Both the position numbers and the translations under genes were made by a program. The notes below the pieces were generated by a model. That model was not told the origin of the DNA. It was given only the letters and a program-made list of their open reading frames with translations, and ran no database searches. Below are positions 39,361-50,462 of a DNA stretch of 64,000 nt, piece after piece (the first letter of the stretch is position 1; each line of letters starts with the position of its first letter). Source of the stretch: Trichosphaerium sp. ATCC 40318 (lineage: Eukaryota > Protista > Tubulinea); NCBI GenBank assembly GCA_038496445.1, contig JALMLS010000017.1, positions 248,001-312,000 on the forward strand, given 5' to 3'.

Positions 39361-41760
39361 TCATGGATGTTAGTAGAATGTCTCTACCCCAACCAGACGA
39401 CCAAATAGATCCTGATAAAAGTATTTACCAAGGGGCCATTAAAAACAATATGAAGAGTGGTAAAGGCACACAGATATGGGGAGATGGTAGAAAATATATT
39501 GGGGGCTTTTTGAACGATAAGTTTTCTGGTGAAGGAGAGTTTTATTGGCCAGATGGTAGCTATTACATAGGTGAGTTTTTACGTGGTTATCCACATGGCA
39601 GCGGTTCGTTCTATTGGTTGGACGGTAGCAAATACACGGGAACCTTCAATAAAGGCTGTTCAATAACTGACGAAATACGAGATCAGGTCAAAAAATACCT
39701 TCTGACGCACGTGCCTGCTGGAAAACCGAATGAGGATGCCTTTGCTAAAAACATTCATAAAATACCCATTGTTCCTAGATGTACTAAAAACAACGTATAC
39801 AAAGACATTACTAGCGCATGGGTCTATTCTGACAATTTACCACATTTTAACAAGCTGAATACGTTGTTTAAGAAGTCAAAGTTTATTGACATTATGGCAG
39901 AAAATGCTAAAGGCATAGGATTAAGACCAAAATGTCAACAATCCGTAGTTTTCGAAGTTACTTCGTACAAAACATACATGAGCGGATATGCAAGAAGTGC
40001 ATTTAGTTTAGCTTTTGAATGGATTAAACAACACCAAGATTCTTGCTCTTTATGTAAATGTGATATTGTATTTGTTTATGATGTTGGCAAACGCAATATT
40101 CTATTATCACTCCATAAACGTACTATCATTGCTTTGAATATGTGATAACTGACTATTTCAGTTACAACTATGGCGTGCAGGTTTTCAAATGTGCGTGTTA
40201 TAACCGTTAACATGGGGAAGCTATCACTATACGATTTTCAAGAGGCGTATTGGCGTGGTCGTAATGCATCTACCCTAGCAAAGGCACCTCTTGTTGTCCA
40301 TGGTGTAGATCACGTGAAATATAGCTACAAAGAGCAATTGGAAGCCAAACTGTTAGTTTTAGGTCACGGTGGCTCAGGTACACTAATTAAAAGCAAAGTA
40401 GTCACTAACTTGTTTAAATAAAGGTAAAACAACGTTAGTACAGGCATTGGAAGGTGAAAAAAAAAGTAGTATTGATTCTACAGTTGGTTTTGATGTGTCA
40501 TATCTTTCGTGTGTTCTTGTTTCTCTTATGTTTGTGTTGTAATGTGGTTTAGGTTTGGTGGTTTGTCGTTTACTGTGTTGGACTTTGCAGGACAGATTGA
40601 ATACACAGGGATACAGAGTTATTTCTTCGCCAAGGATATTGCTATTTACGTTATTGTTGTACGCTATTACCTTCTTTACAGCCCAGTGCAGGTTTGTTTC
40701 GTTGTTTCTTACAACCATTTTTTTAGATAGATTTGTCATTAACAGTTGAGGAGCTGGAAAAACAACTGAAGCATTGGGTTGCTACTCTGACTGATGTTCT
40801 ATACGGTCAACATGTTGAGGATTATGAGAACAACATATGTAAGAAGTTCATTGTCTATGGATCAAAATTAGATGTCTTTGAAGGAAATATAAAAGATGTG
40901 CATAGTGCGCTATCAAAGTATATGAATTATTTGTGCCTAGAAGGTACATGGGTCTTGTGTTTTTGTACAAAATGATTTGGTAATATTCTTAATTTTTTCT
41001 TAGGTTTCCCTGCTTTTGTCAAACAGTTAAAACGCTACTCAAAAATTATAAAGCTAAACTATCCAAAAGTTCCTTCTTTTTATGTTACAATACAAACGGA
41101 ACTTAAAAAAATGATTACCAACACAGATAGCCTAACTGGTAACATCATATCAATGTCAGCACATTTACCAAGAACTCCTTCCTTACAATTACACCTAGTG
41201 AACCATTGCTTGAAGTCTTGCCTTCCAGTTGTAAAATAGCACCTATTGAACTGGTTGCTGCATTGGATTACCTTCATTCTATTGGTAGCATAATGTTTGA
41301 TGAAGTACTTGGGGTTTTTTGACATACGACTGGGGGTTCTAATGTTTTTTTTAGTCGTCATATATGCTGTGTTTATACCCTCCCATTCTATCGCCTATAA
41401 TGAGTACATTCTTAGCCCCTACAGAACATCTTGATAGAATATTGAAAATTGACACTCGTAATCATTGTTTTATATTCACTGATGCAGAGGTCATATATTG
41501 AATCTTCAAAATATTTCCAAAGTGCACTTTGGCTGATGTAAAGCAAGTAATGAGGTTCTTAGTGAACATATCATTTTGTTATCGTTTGACAAAAGAAGAA
41601 AAGGTACCTATAAGTTGTTATGTAGCCATTAGTTTTGACATACTCAAGTTTAAGTTCACGTGCCTTAGAAATGTGCCCCAGGCAAAGCGAGCATGTTGTT
41701 TTAAAAAAGTAAATGCTGTGTGAGTACAATACGCTAGGACAGGCGTATAGGAGATCCTGA
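39361..41760 (+). pseudogene. MORN-repeat / Roc-COR (ROCO-like) gene with a disrupted COR region; 3' end approximate
   Basis: Four MORN repeats; spliced KLLVLGHGGSGKTT, STVG, DFAGQIEY..YFF, GSKLD; COR-like LDYLHSIG..CLYPP..; in-frame TGA at 41499-41501 and further stops downstream. Confidence 0.65.
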
Positions 41761-41887
41761 AGTATATTAACAAGCGATTATTGATAAAAGTGCCTACCCT
41801 TTTGGACCATTATTTTTAGCTTCCCACATAGGATATTCGAGCAAACCTGCATGACCAAATGTAGAATCCAAATGAACACTACAAATA

Positions 41888-42980
41888 TGTTAAGACAGGT
41901 TGTTTAATCTATTTAGTGTACGTCATATTGGCATCAATCACGGACTCAATTAGTTCAACGTCATTTTCGCGCTCATTGCGAATTTCGCTGGTTGTTTCGT
42001 CAATGAAGGAATCGAGTACATCCAGTTCATCAACCTTTCATGGTCCAATAAGCAAAGAGAAGTTTGTTGGTTGTGCGAGCTTACTTGTGTGCTTCTTTCG
42101 GATATGTCTTTAATCATCATAGCAGCTCGAATACAAGTCATTTTCACAGAGGTAGAAGGGCATTTAGCAGCTGTGATTACAAGTCCAGCAATGCTATTCA
42201 TCTTGTTAGTTACTAAATACGAAGAAACACACTCACTTTTCAATGACTTCTTCTTGATATTCTGGAGGCGCATATAGAGACAGTACACTTAGTACTTCAA
42301 GAGCAGAATCGATGAAAATCATTCTTTCGTCATCATACTCTTTGCAACTCTCAAATTGATCCATGTCTTTTGAAATGTCATCACATAGATTTTTTATAAT
42401 AATATTGATACTCCTCCCTTTGAATACTCCCAACACGTAAAGACAAGTTATTACTTGCAGCGCCTATATTAACTTGTGAGTCAGGCAATCAATAACTGTT
42501 TTACCTTAACGCGAACAGCTGTGTTTGATTTCGATGCAGAAAGATCAAAGATGCGATCATCAATTGCAAAGATAATTTTTTTGATATCATTCGGTTTCCA
42601 CGTGCCAACAGCAATGTACAAAACAAGTTGTAATGCGTCAATGATGGTTTCATCGTGTTCCTACGTACAGTCAGTTGTGCCACAAAACATGCCATTTAAA
42701 AATAGTTACCAGCATGATTTGCAAGATTTGTGCCATGAACTGACTCTTGCCGAGGTAATAGTATTTTGGTGTCGTTGAACTCCAGTTTTTAAGCGCCCAA
42801 ATGAGCCAATCTCGCCTCAAATGCGTTCTGCACATTATTAATACTATCAACGTTAACTTGAAGACTGTACGCGTTGTGTTTGCTTAAATCCCCTATCAGT
42901 TCGCAGGTAGGAGCCATAAACTGCTTATACTGTATCACAACAGCTTTTTTGGTACGCTTATTCATTGTTCGCTTGCTCAT
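41888..42980 (-). CDS. Hypothetical alpha-helical (ARM/HEAT-like) protein; 3' end approximate
   Basis: Successive minus-strand ORFs separated by GT-AG introns; amphipathic helical pattern; no family recognised. Confidence 0.5.
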
Positions 42981-44251
42981 CGTGTAGTAAAACCGATTTT
43001 GTAGCCATTCGACAATTGTTTAGTTCACTGAACTAATCTAACAAAATTACATCTTAAAGCTCACTGAAAATGTCACTGCTTACAACGAATCACTGCGATT
43101 GAATCCCGCTAAAGACTTCAAAGGAGCGAATCGAGAGAAAACGGACTTTAAAATAATTTGGCTCCTTTTTCAGACACGTGCTTTTTTCCTTATATGTTCT
43201 ACAATGTATCTCTACCTAGAAAATGCCACCCAACACTTTGCAATAGATGCTTCTGCAAGTGGTTGTGATGGAGGCACGTGCCAAGCACGAACTATAGCAG
43301 TATTGACAAGGGTTAACAGTTAACTGCTTGCAGTTGGCTCTGCATGATGATAGCATGTTTAGCAAAAGTACACTAACTTGCGGATATTACTCCTTACGCG
43401 TGTCACGTTCCAGCAAGACGTTAGTCTTCCTGCCTTTTTGCGTACTGTGTGCCTTGTTGGTTATAACTTAGGTTTTAGTCTAACACCCCGGGTGCCGGCA
43501 CTTGCGTGAACTAGTTTGTCGTTAATATTTTCGGATGTCAAAAATCATGTCTATACGAGGTTTATACAACACTGTGGAATATAAAAACTCTTGTCTGAAA
43601 AGTTTAGGATAGTTTGAGTAAGCGATTAAAGTAGTAGCGGTCCAGATATGGTGGCGGCCACGCATGGCGCCTTGACAGAGATAAAGCACCTATTGGTGAG
43701 TTTGAAAAAAGCAAAACTAGAAAGCAATTCGGTTATTGAATAGTTTACAAACTGAACGCTTAGTACTAGCGACGGCATAACACATTTTACACAAAATATG
43801 AATCAAAATCCACCCAGTTGAGGGAGAGGGTGAGGATGGTGAGTAGGTTGTGATGGAGGGTGATGTAAGTGGTACTTCCACTCCCACTCCCAACACCAAC
43901 TCCTCCACTTCTCCCTCCACACGCCCTGCCCGGGCAAGTAGATTCTTTGTATTCCCAGTCTACCTTGCGACGTTCCGGTAGCTTTGGAACAAAAAAAGCG
44001 CTGGAATAAATATAACTAGTTACCACATGCTAGGGGTACAGAGTGTAAGTTTTTTCGTGTGTTGAAGCGTGGCAGTATTCAAAGTGTATCACAAACTGAA
44101 CCCTCACGCACACAACTTCGCGAAACAAAACTTCAAAAACCAGAGATACAACACTGCTCTACACCCACTGGTACGCATTTACATTGCTTAGCATGGTAAA
44201 CCGTGCCTGCTTTTGTAACAATGGCTTTTTACACTCATACACAGCTCTAGA

Positions 44252-44818
44252 ATGACTCTTCGCATAAACAAACTTAGCGATGATTGCCTGTACTATAAAC
44301 TTATTAAAGCGCCTGGTGTAGGCGAGAAAACTGCGGAGCTGATTATAGAAAAGCGCAATGCCATGGACTTGACAGCTTCAATATTGAAGAAGCTGCCACG
44401 AACAAAAGGAATATTTAAATATTTCAAGAGGATTGACTACTCCTCCGATGCGGACGACCTCACAAGTAGCTTTTCTAATATGAGTATCAAACCAAAAAAG
44501 AGTGCCAAAGAACAAAGCAAGCACCAAACTGTAATGATAAGCGAATTTATTATTCTAGAAAGTTTTTTGAACGACATTGGGTATACCAAAGGTGGTACAA
44601 AAAACAATATCAACAAGTATTGCAAAGAGTACGAAGTGCCTTTTGATGAACAAGCAAAAATGCACGACATCTGTCAAAATCGACACATAGCTGCTCATGG
44701 TAATAACGACACCCGCAACCAAAAGTACGTAGACCTTCAATATTTCTCTCCGTGCTTCAGGAGATACCAAGACTATTACCAATGCGATGACGGCGTATTG
44801 TACGCGGATTGCGGTTAA
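44252..44818 (+). CDS. Intronless helix-hairpin-helix + HEPN-like protein (candidate RNase)
   Basis: ComEA-like HhH RIN..LIKAPGVGEKTAELIIEKR; HEPN-like FIILESFL...MHDICQNRHIAAHG (Rx4H). Confidence 0.6.
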   Translation: MTLRINKLSDDCLYYKLIKAPGVGEKTAELIIEKRNAMDLTASILKKLPRTKGIFKYFKRIDYSSDADDLTSSFSNMSIKPKKSAKEQSKHQTVMISEFIILESFLNDIGYTKGGTKNNINKYCKEYEVPFDEQAKMHDICQNRHIAAHGNNDTRNQKYVDLQYFSPCFRRYQDYYQCDDGVLYADCG

Positions 44819-45374
44819 TAAATATCACTTTGTAGTAACAATGATCTAGTTTAAACGAATACCAAGAGTTTGTCGTTTGACGGATTCTAACCTTTCTATT
44901 GTTAGAAAACGTATTACAGTTGACTACTTTTTTCGCTAAGAGACTAGACGCCGAAAACATCTAAATTGTGCTGATGTAATCGAGGGAAGGTAGGAACAAA
45001 TAAGCGTAGTGTCGCCAAATGTAATACAGATGAACGGCAATTAGTTTAGCGGTATCAACTGATGTATTTAAGGTGCGTTACAAGGTTAAGTCGGAGATGA
45101 GAATTAGTACGAGAAAGTACATTACACTGAATACTATACAGTAACGCGGGTATGTTTGCCAGCGTGCTAATGTGGTCATAACAAAGTATGCATGTGCACG
45201 TGATTATCTTGTTTGGTTTTACACTATTTTTGTACTCAAATAAAGCTGTCTAGTGCATTCGGCCAATTTGTTTAGAAAGCAAGATAAAGTGAAAACTGTT
45301 GTACACTGTAAACTGAGCGGAATCTTGTTGACGTTTATAATCTACGCCTTAATTCAACTTTACGCTGTTACAAC

Positions 45375-47665
45375 ATGGGTAACTCAAGTAGCAATTCAAA
45401 TCTAGTAAATGAGCTGTCGTCAAACTCCAAGTGTACGGTATTTTACTTTTACAACTCTATTAATGGTCGTAGTCTCTAAAAAAGAGCTGAGACGAGTGTT
45501 TGACAAGTTCTCCACAAAGTATCCTAACAACAAGATGACAAAAACGGAGTTTATCGAAGAGATGACGCAAATGGGTGGTCAGAAAGAACTGTGGCTAAGC
45601 ATTTATTCGTTTTTCGACTCTAAAAAACAAGGCTTCATTTCTCCCAAAAGCTTTATGGTTGTACGTACAAAAACACGCTCTACAAACGCAAAAACGCTTT
45701 ATTTGACGTATTTCCGTTTTTGTGGCGCACATAAACTGACTGCGTTGAAAGGGCCTAAATTTATTGCAATCATCAGAACCTAAGCAACTCCTGAAGTGTA
45801 CGTAAATTTAATAGAGAATGCAGCCATTTTTTTCACTACATAGACGGTTAATATTGGTATTAGCGTCTTTCAACCTATTTGACGCTGACGCGAACGGCGA
45901 GCTTGATACCACTGAAGTGGCAGATTTACTAGCTCAACTGTTTACACTTACAGACTCGTAAGCACTCCTTAGTGTTGACCAAAAACGTAATGACAACTGG
46001 ATTTTAGGTTTTCAAAAAAGAAAGCTTTGAGTGTAGATGACCTTGTTAAAGCCATGGATGCAGATAATGATGGTAATTAGCAACAGCTTTTAGGTTTACA
46101 TCAAGGATCTTTTTTCTCATGGGTTTTTTTTCCATTATAGGCGTTGTATCTATGGAAGAGTTTGTGAGTTTTTGTGAGAACGAAGGTGATCTTTTTGAAA
46201 AGATTTCAGAGTGTACTAAAGCAAAATTCCTGACTGCTTTGGATGGTACAATCAAACATTTCCAAACCAAAAAAAAAAATTAAACACGTGCATAGTACAG
46301 GCGTCAAAAACATCGGAATTTTCTCATCAAGCTGGTGGACATACTGGTGATGAAAAGGGCATGAAGAAACAAGGAAACAATATCTTGAAGCACTTCTCAG
46401 GTTAGAGTTTAAACAAATTTCGGTCTTTTTTAAACCTCTTTGTTAGATAAGGAGTTTCAATTTTATGAAGATTTAAAGGAGTACCCAAAATACCAAAAGT
46501 ACTTTCCTAAATATAGCGGTATGTATCCAAACTAATAGCTATAATTAATTATGTGGTAAAACAGGGAGAACACAAGTAAAAAACAGTGCAGGAGGGCTCG
46601 ATCGTATCCTCAAGAGCCAAGCTTTTTTTTTCAAAATCACGTGAAGTTTTTCTTGACATAAAACAGATTTTATCATTTTGGAGGATTTGACACATGGATT
46701 CGAGAAACCTTGTATTATGGATTTAAAGATGGGTTCTAGAACCTATGAGAATGGTAATGCAATAATATTAAATAAGAATCCTTGAAACTAACAACGTTTT
46801 TTAGGTGCAAGTGTTACCAAGCGTCTCATTCAAGGCGCATTAGATGAAATGTCAACTTCTTTTGTATCAGGATTTCGTATAGTCGGCATCAGGGCAAGCA
46901 CACTTCAAACTCAGTGCAACGTATAATGTCAACTAACTCTTAAATAGACTTGGCAAGTTACGGCAAAGGATTACGTTGTTAAAGGAAAAGACTGGGGCGT
47001 ATCTGTAAACACCAAAGGATTGGTACATTTTGCTTGGTTTTTTTTATTGCAACAAAAAAGTAACTCTTGTTAATAGGGTGACGCTATAAAAGTGTACTTT
47101 AACAACGGTAAAGAATTCCGTCGTGATGTACAGAAATCTTGGTTTATCACTTCAGCTACTCACAACCATAGGTTGTCAAAGCGATCATTCCTGAGGTGGA
47201 AGAAATACTAGCTTGGTTCCGAAAACAGAAAGTTTTTGAATTTTTTGGAAGTTCTGTTCTTATGGTGTATGAGGGCGACAGTACGTTTTCTATGTTATTA
47301 CTAGCACACTAACGCTAGCGCCCTTAGCAAGTAAGCCTTGCAAAGTAAACGTAAGACTCGTAGATTTCGCACATACGAATAAAACAACTAAACATGATGA
47401 GGTATAATATTTACAATTTTATATTTCTTTTTGAGTTTTTTTTTACACGCTTCCAAGGGATACATTCATGGATTGGAGACACTTCAGAGTATTCTACGTG
47501 CTTTAGGTGATGACGTAAGTAATTTTGGTTTGTTTTTTTTTTGAGAGTAGTGACGATAAAACAACTAAACTAAAAAATTAATAGGATGGAAAAGAGGCAC
47601 TTAATAAGAATATTACTACGCACGTTATTAAAAAGGCTTTATCTACTGCTGCATCTCAAAAATAA
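45375..47665 (+). CDS. Myristoylated NCS-like EF-hand / inositol polyphosphate kinase (IPK) fusion
   Basis: MGNSSS; EF loops DSKKQGFIS, DADANGELD, DADNDGVVS; IPK motifs HQAGGH, LEDL..PCIMDLKMG, SSVLMVY, VDFAH. Confidence 0.88.
46604..46666 (+). other. Probable U12-type intron in the IPK gene
   Basis: Donor GTATCCTC; branch TTCTTGAC 9 nt before the intron end; no polypyrimidine tract; splicing restores DHFIILEDL. Confidence 0.65.
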
Positions 47666-47779
47666 CTGCTATTGACTGAGTAAATAAATACAGTAGTACA
47701 AGACCCAATCATTTTTTTATAAAGAGCTTAGCGTCAGGTGTATACATATAATTTTTTTTCTGATCACGTGAGTAGCATT

Positions 47780-49248
47780 CTATCTAGTACGCAAGTACTC
47801 TTCAACTTTTGTTACTGTAGTTTGTAGAATTTCCTGGTCATTTTTCTTTAGTTCTGGTACTTTATAAGAGAAACTACGTATGTCATGTGTTGGTATAACA
47901 CATTCAGGTAAAGTAGGACTAACAATATTTTGCATAAACAGCGATAAAAACTTTTCATCAGGTGTCAACCCATCCTAAAGAAAAAGTCTTAATACTTCAT
48001 TTTCCAAATATCACAACAAAGAAAAAAAAGTGAAAAAAACAACTATGAATTTGAGACGAGAAACAAAAGTCAAAAAAAATTTTCTTTCTTTGTTTGAACG
48101 TACCTCAATCAATTTTCTGTATATTAAACAAGCCATACTATAATGACTTTCATGCCTACAATTATGCAATACAGAACAATACGTCTCACAGTTCCTTGGG
48201 ACATCCAGTTCTTTCATTTTATCCATAAGCTCAATACCACGATGAATAAAATCGCCAGAAGCACATCCTTTTATAAGAATATTAAATGTTACACGTGAAG
48301 GCTTTGGTCCTTGTTCAATCATCTCAGACAGTAACTCCACAGCCTTTTCTTTCATCCTGAACTTGCAACACATCTCAATTATCGTATTATACGTTTTCAC
48401 GTTTGCCTGTGTTTCAGTTGCCTTTATTTCATTAAAAAGACTAAGTGCGCTTTTAACAGCAGCGTTTTTTTTGCAATACTTAAGCATTGTTGTATAAGAT
48501 ATAATATCAGGTTTTACGTGAGCCTTGAGGTCATGGAATAGATCAAATAAATGGCCAATAGGCATAGTATCCCCACATATACGTAAGAGAGTATTATGAG
48601 TGAACACATCCGGAGATACAGCTACGAAGGAGTTCAGTAACTTCTTAACAGTAAAACTCTAAAAAAAAAAACAAGCTACTCAGAGTTGGTGTAACTCTCG
48701 CGCCTCGTATGTCTTTTAACGTACTAGGACTTCTTTGAATCTCCTCTATTATATCACAAGCTACTTGATAATTTGTACAGGTAGACAATAGCGCATTGTA
48801 AGTGTTGATGTCAACCAAGTTTTTATCTTTCAACAGTTTGAACTCACTTTGGGCAAAATTAAAGTCTCTTATCTTAGGCATGGCCCAAGTGTAAAGTTTT
48901 TCATGGCTCGCGTATTCTTCCTTTTTAGTGAGGTAGTGGCGTTTAATGGTACTTGGCGTTTGTACATCGTGGTAAGACTTTTTTTTGGGTTTGTCTGTAA
49001 AACTCAATATTAATACAAATACACGCGTTAGTAGCGAAAGCATACCTTTCCGAACGCTTTTTTTTTTCTGAAATCTAGCATCGTTACTTTTGTCCCAACG
49101 AGAGCTATTTTGGTCTCCTGCGCCACCAGGGTCAACCAGATGCTCGCGCAGCGATCCTACATAACATATTACATTTTGACGCCACTAAATGCCTAATAAA
49201 ATGCCTACCTTTTAGTAATCCCAATCCCGCTTTGCGTGCTGTGTTCAT
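47780..49248 (-). CDS. Pentatricopeptide-repeat (PPR) protein
   Basis: 35-aa repeats PDIISYTTML, NVKTYNTIIEMCCK, PSRVTFNILIKGC; 3' end uncertain. Confidence 0.85.
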
Positions 49249-49328
49249 TATCGAAACCAGAATAGCTTAAGCGGTAGATTTAGGTTAAATAGCTTAAACA
49301 CACTAGAAAAACACGCTCTCATAACTGT

Positions 49329-50246
49329 ATGTCATTCAACGGTAGAGGCGGATCCAGACGCGGTGGCGGAAGAGGTGGCTATGGAGGCGGCCGAAGTGGA
49401 GGTTATCGCGGTGGCGGTGGCGGTAGAGGCCGTGGCGGCGGTAGAGGCCGAGGCGGTGGCCGCAGAGGTGGCAGAGGTGGAAAAAGACGAGGCCCAATGT
49501 TTAACATGAACCCTTACGAAGTTGTTGGTGCGTTTAATGATGCGCATAGAAGTTTTGAGAAAATGCCAATAACACCTTGAAATTTTTTGTTGTAATGAAT
49601 GTACGCTTACAAAAATTATCCAGAACTGGGCGTATTCGTTCAACCATCCGAAAAGAAAATACTTTTCAGAAGCACGCACGATAAAATACCAAAATTTAAC
49701 GCACCTGTGTTTTTGGGCAAAAAACAAGTTGTTGGTACAATTGAGGACGTACTTGGACCAAAAGATGAAGTTGTACGTACAAAATGACCAAAACAATGCA
49801 CATTTTTTCTGACACTTTGCAATATAGTTTTTTTCTGTCATACCTGAGAATGGCGTTCAAGCATCATCATTCAAAGCCGAAGACAAAGTTTATTGTGACC
49901 CAGCTATCCTCATAGACGCTGATTTCTTCAAGTACGAAAAAAAAAAAACAAAAAAAAAGCGTAAACAGTATCCTAATGTCTTTATAGGGAAGACGTCGCT
50001 CTAGAGAGAAGTAAAAAGCAAGCTGCTGATAAATCAAGACGATTGCGTGGCAGAGGACGTGGTCGCGGCAGAGGTGGTCGAGGAGGCGGCCGAAGAGGCG
50101 GCAGAGGCGGCAGCGGTGGTTACCGTGGCGGCGGTGGTGGTTATCGCGGTGGCGGTGGCAGAGGTGGCGGCGGCGGCTACCGCGGTGGCGGTGGTGGCGG
50201 TTACCGCAATAGCGGCGGTAGAGGCGGTGGTAGAGGCAGATGGTAG
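49329..50246 (+). CDS. GAR1: H/ACA snoRNP subunit GAR1
   Basis: N- and C-terminal RGG tracts; core ELGVF..KIPKFNAPVFL..VGTIEDVLGP..FFSV. Confidence 0.92.
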
Positions 50247-50462
50247 ATTTTTAAAATCACCTGCAAGCTTTTATGGAGAATGTACCTTTCTCTCTTGTAC
50301 TAGCTTGCTCCCTCTTCAAAAAACTTTTTTGTGACACACACGCTTCTCCACCTTTCCAAATATTTGTACAACAAGGCAAGAGACTAGAACGTATGCTTGA
50401 TCACGTCAGAAATTCTGTACAGCTACCTTTTTAGTTTTTTTTTTGAAATTGTTTTTGCAAGG

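Noticed and set aside
43020-44030. Short ORFs 43099-43323, 43717-43920 and 43787-44026 as genes
   Set aside because: No consistent spliced model or recognisable motifs.
49529-49623. Intronic snoRNA in GAR1 intron 1
   Set aside because: Only a partial C box (ATGATG); no CTGA D box or H/ACA hairpins.
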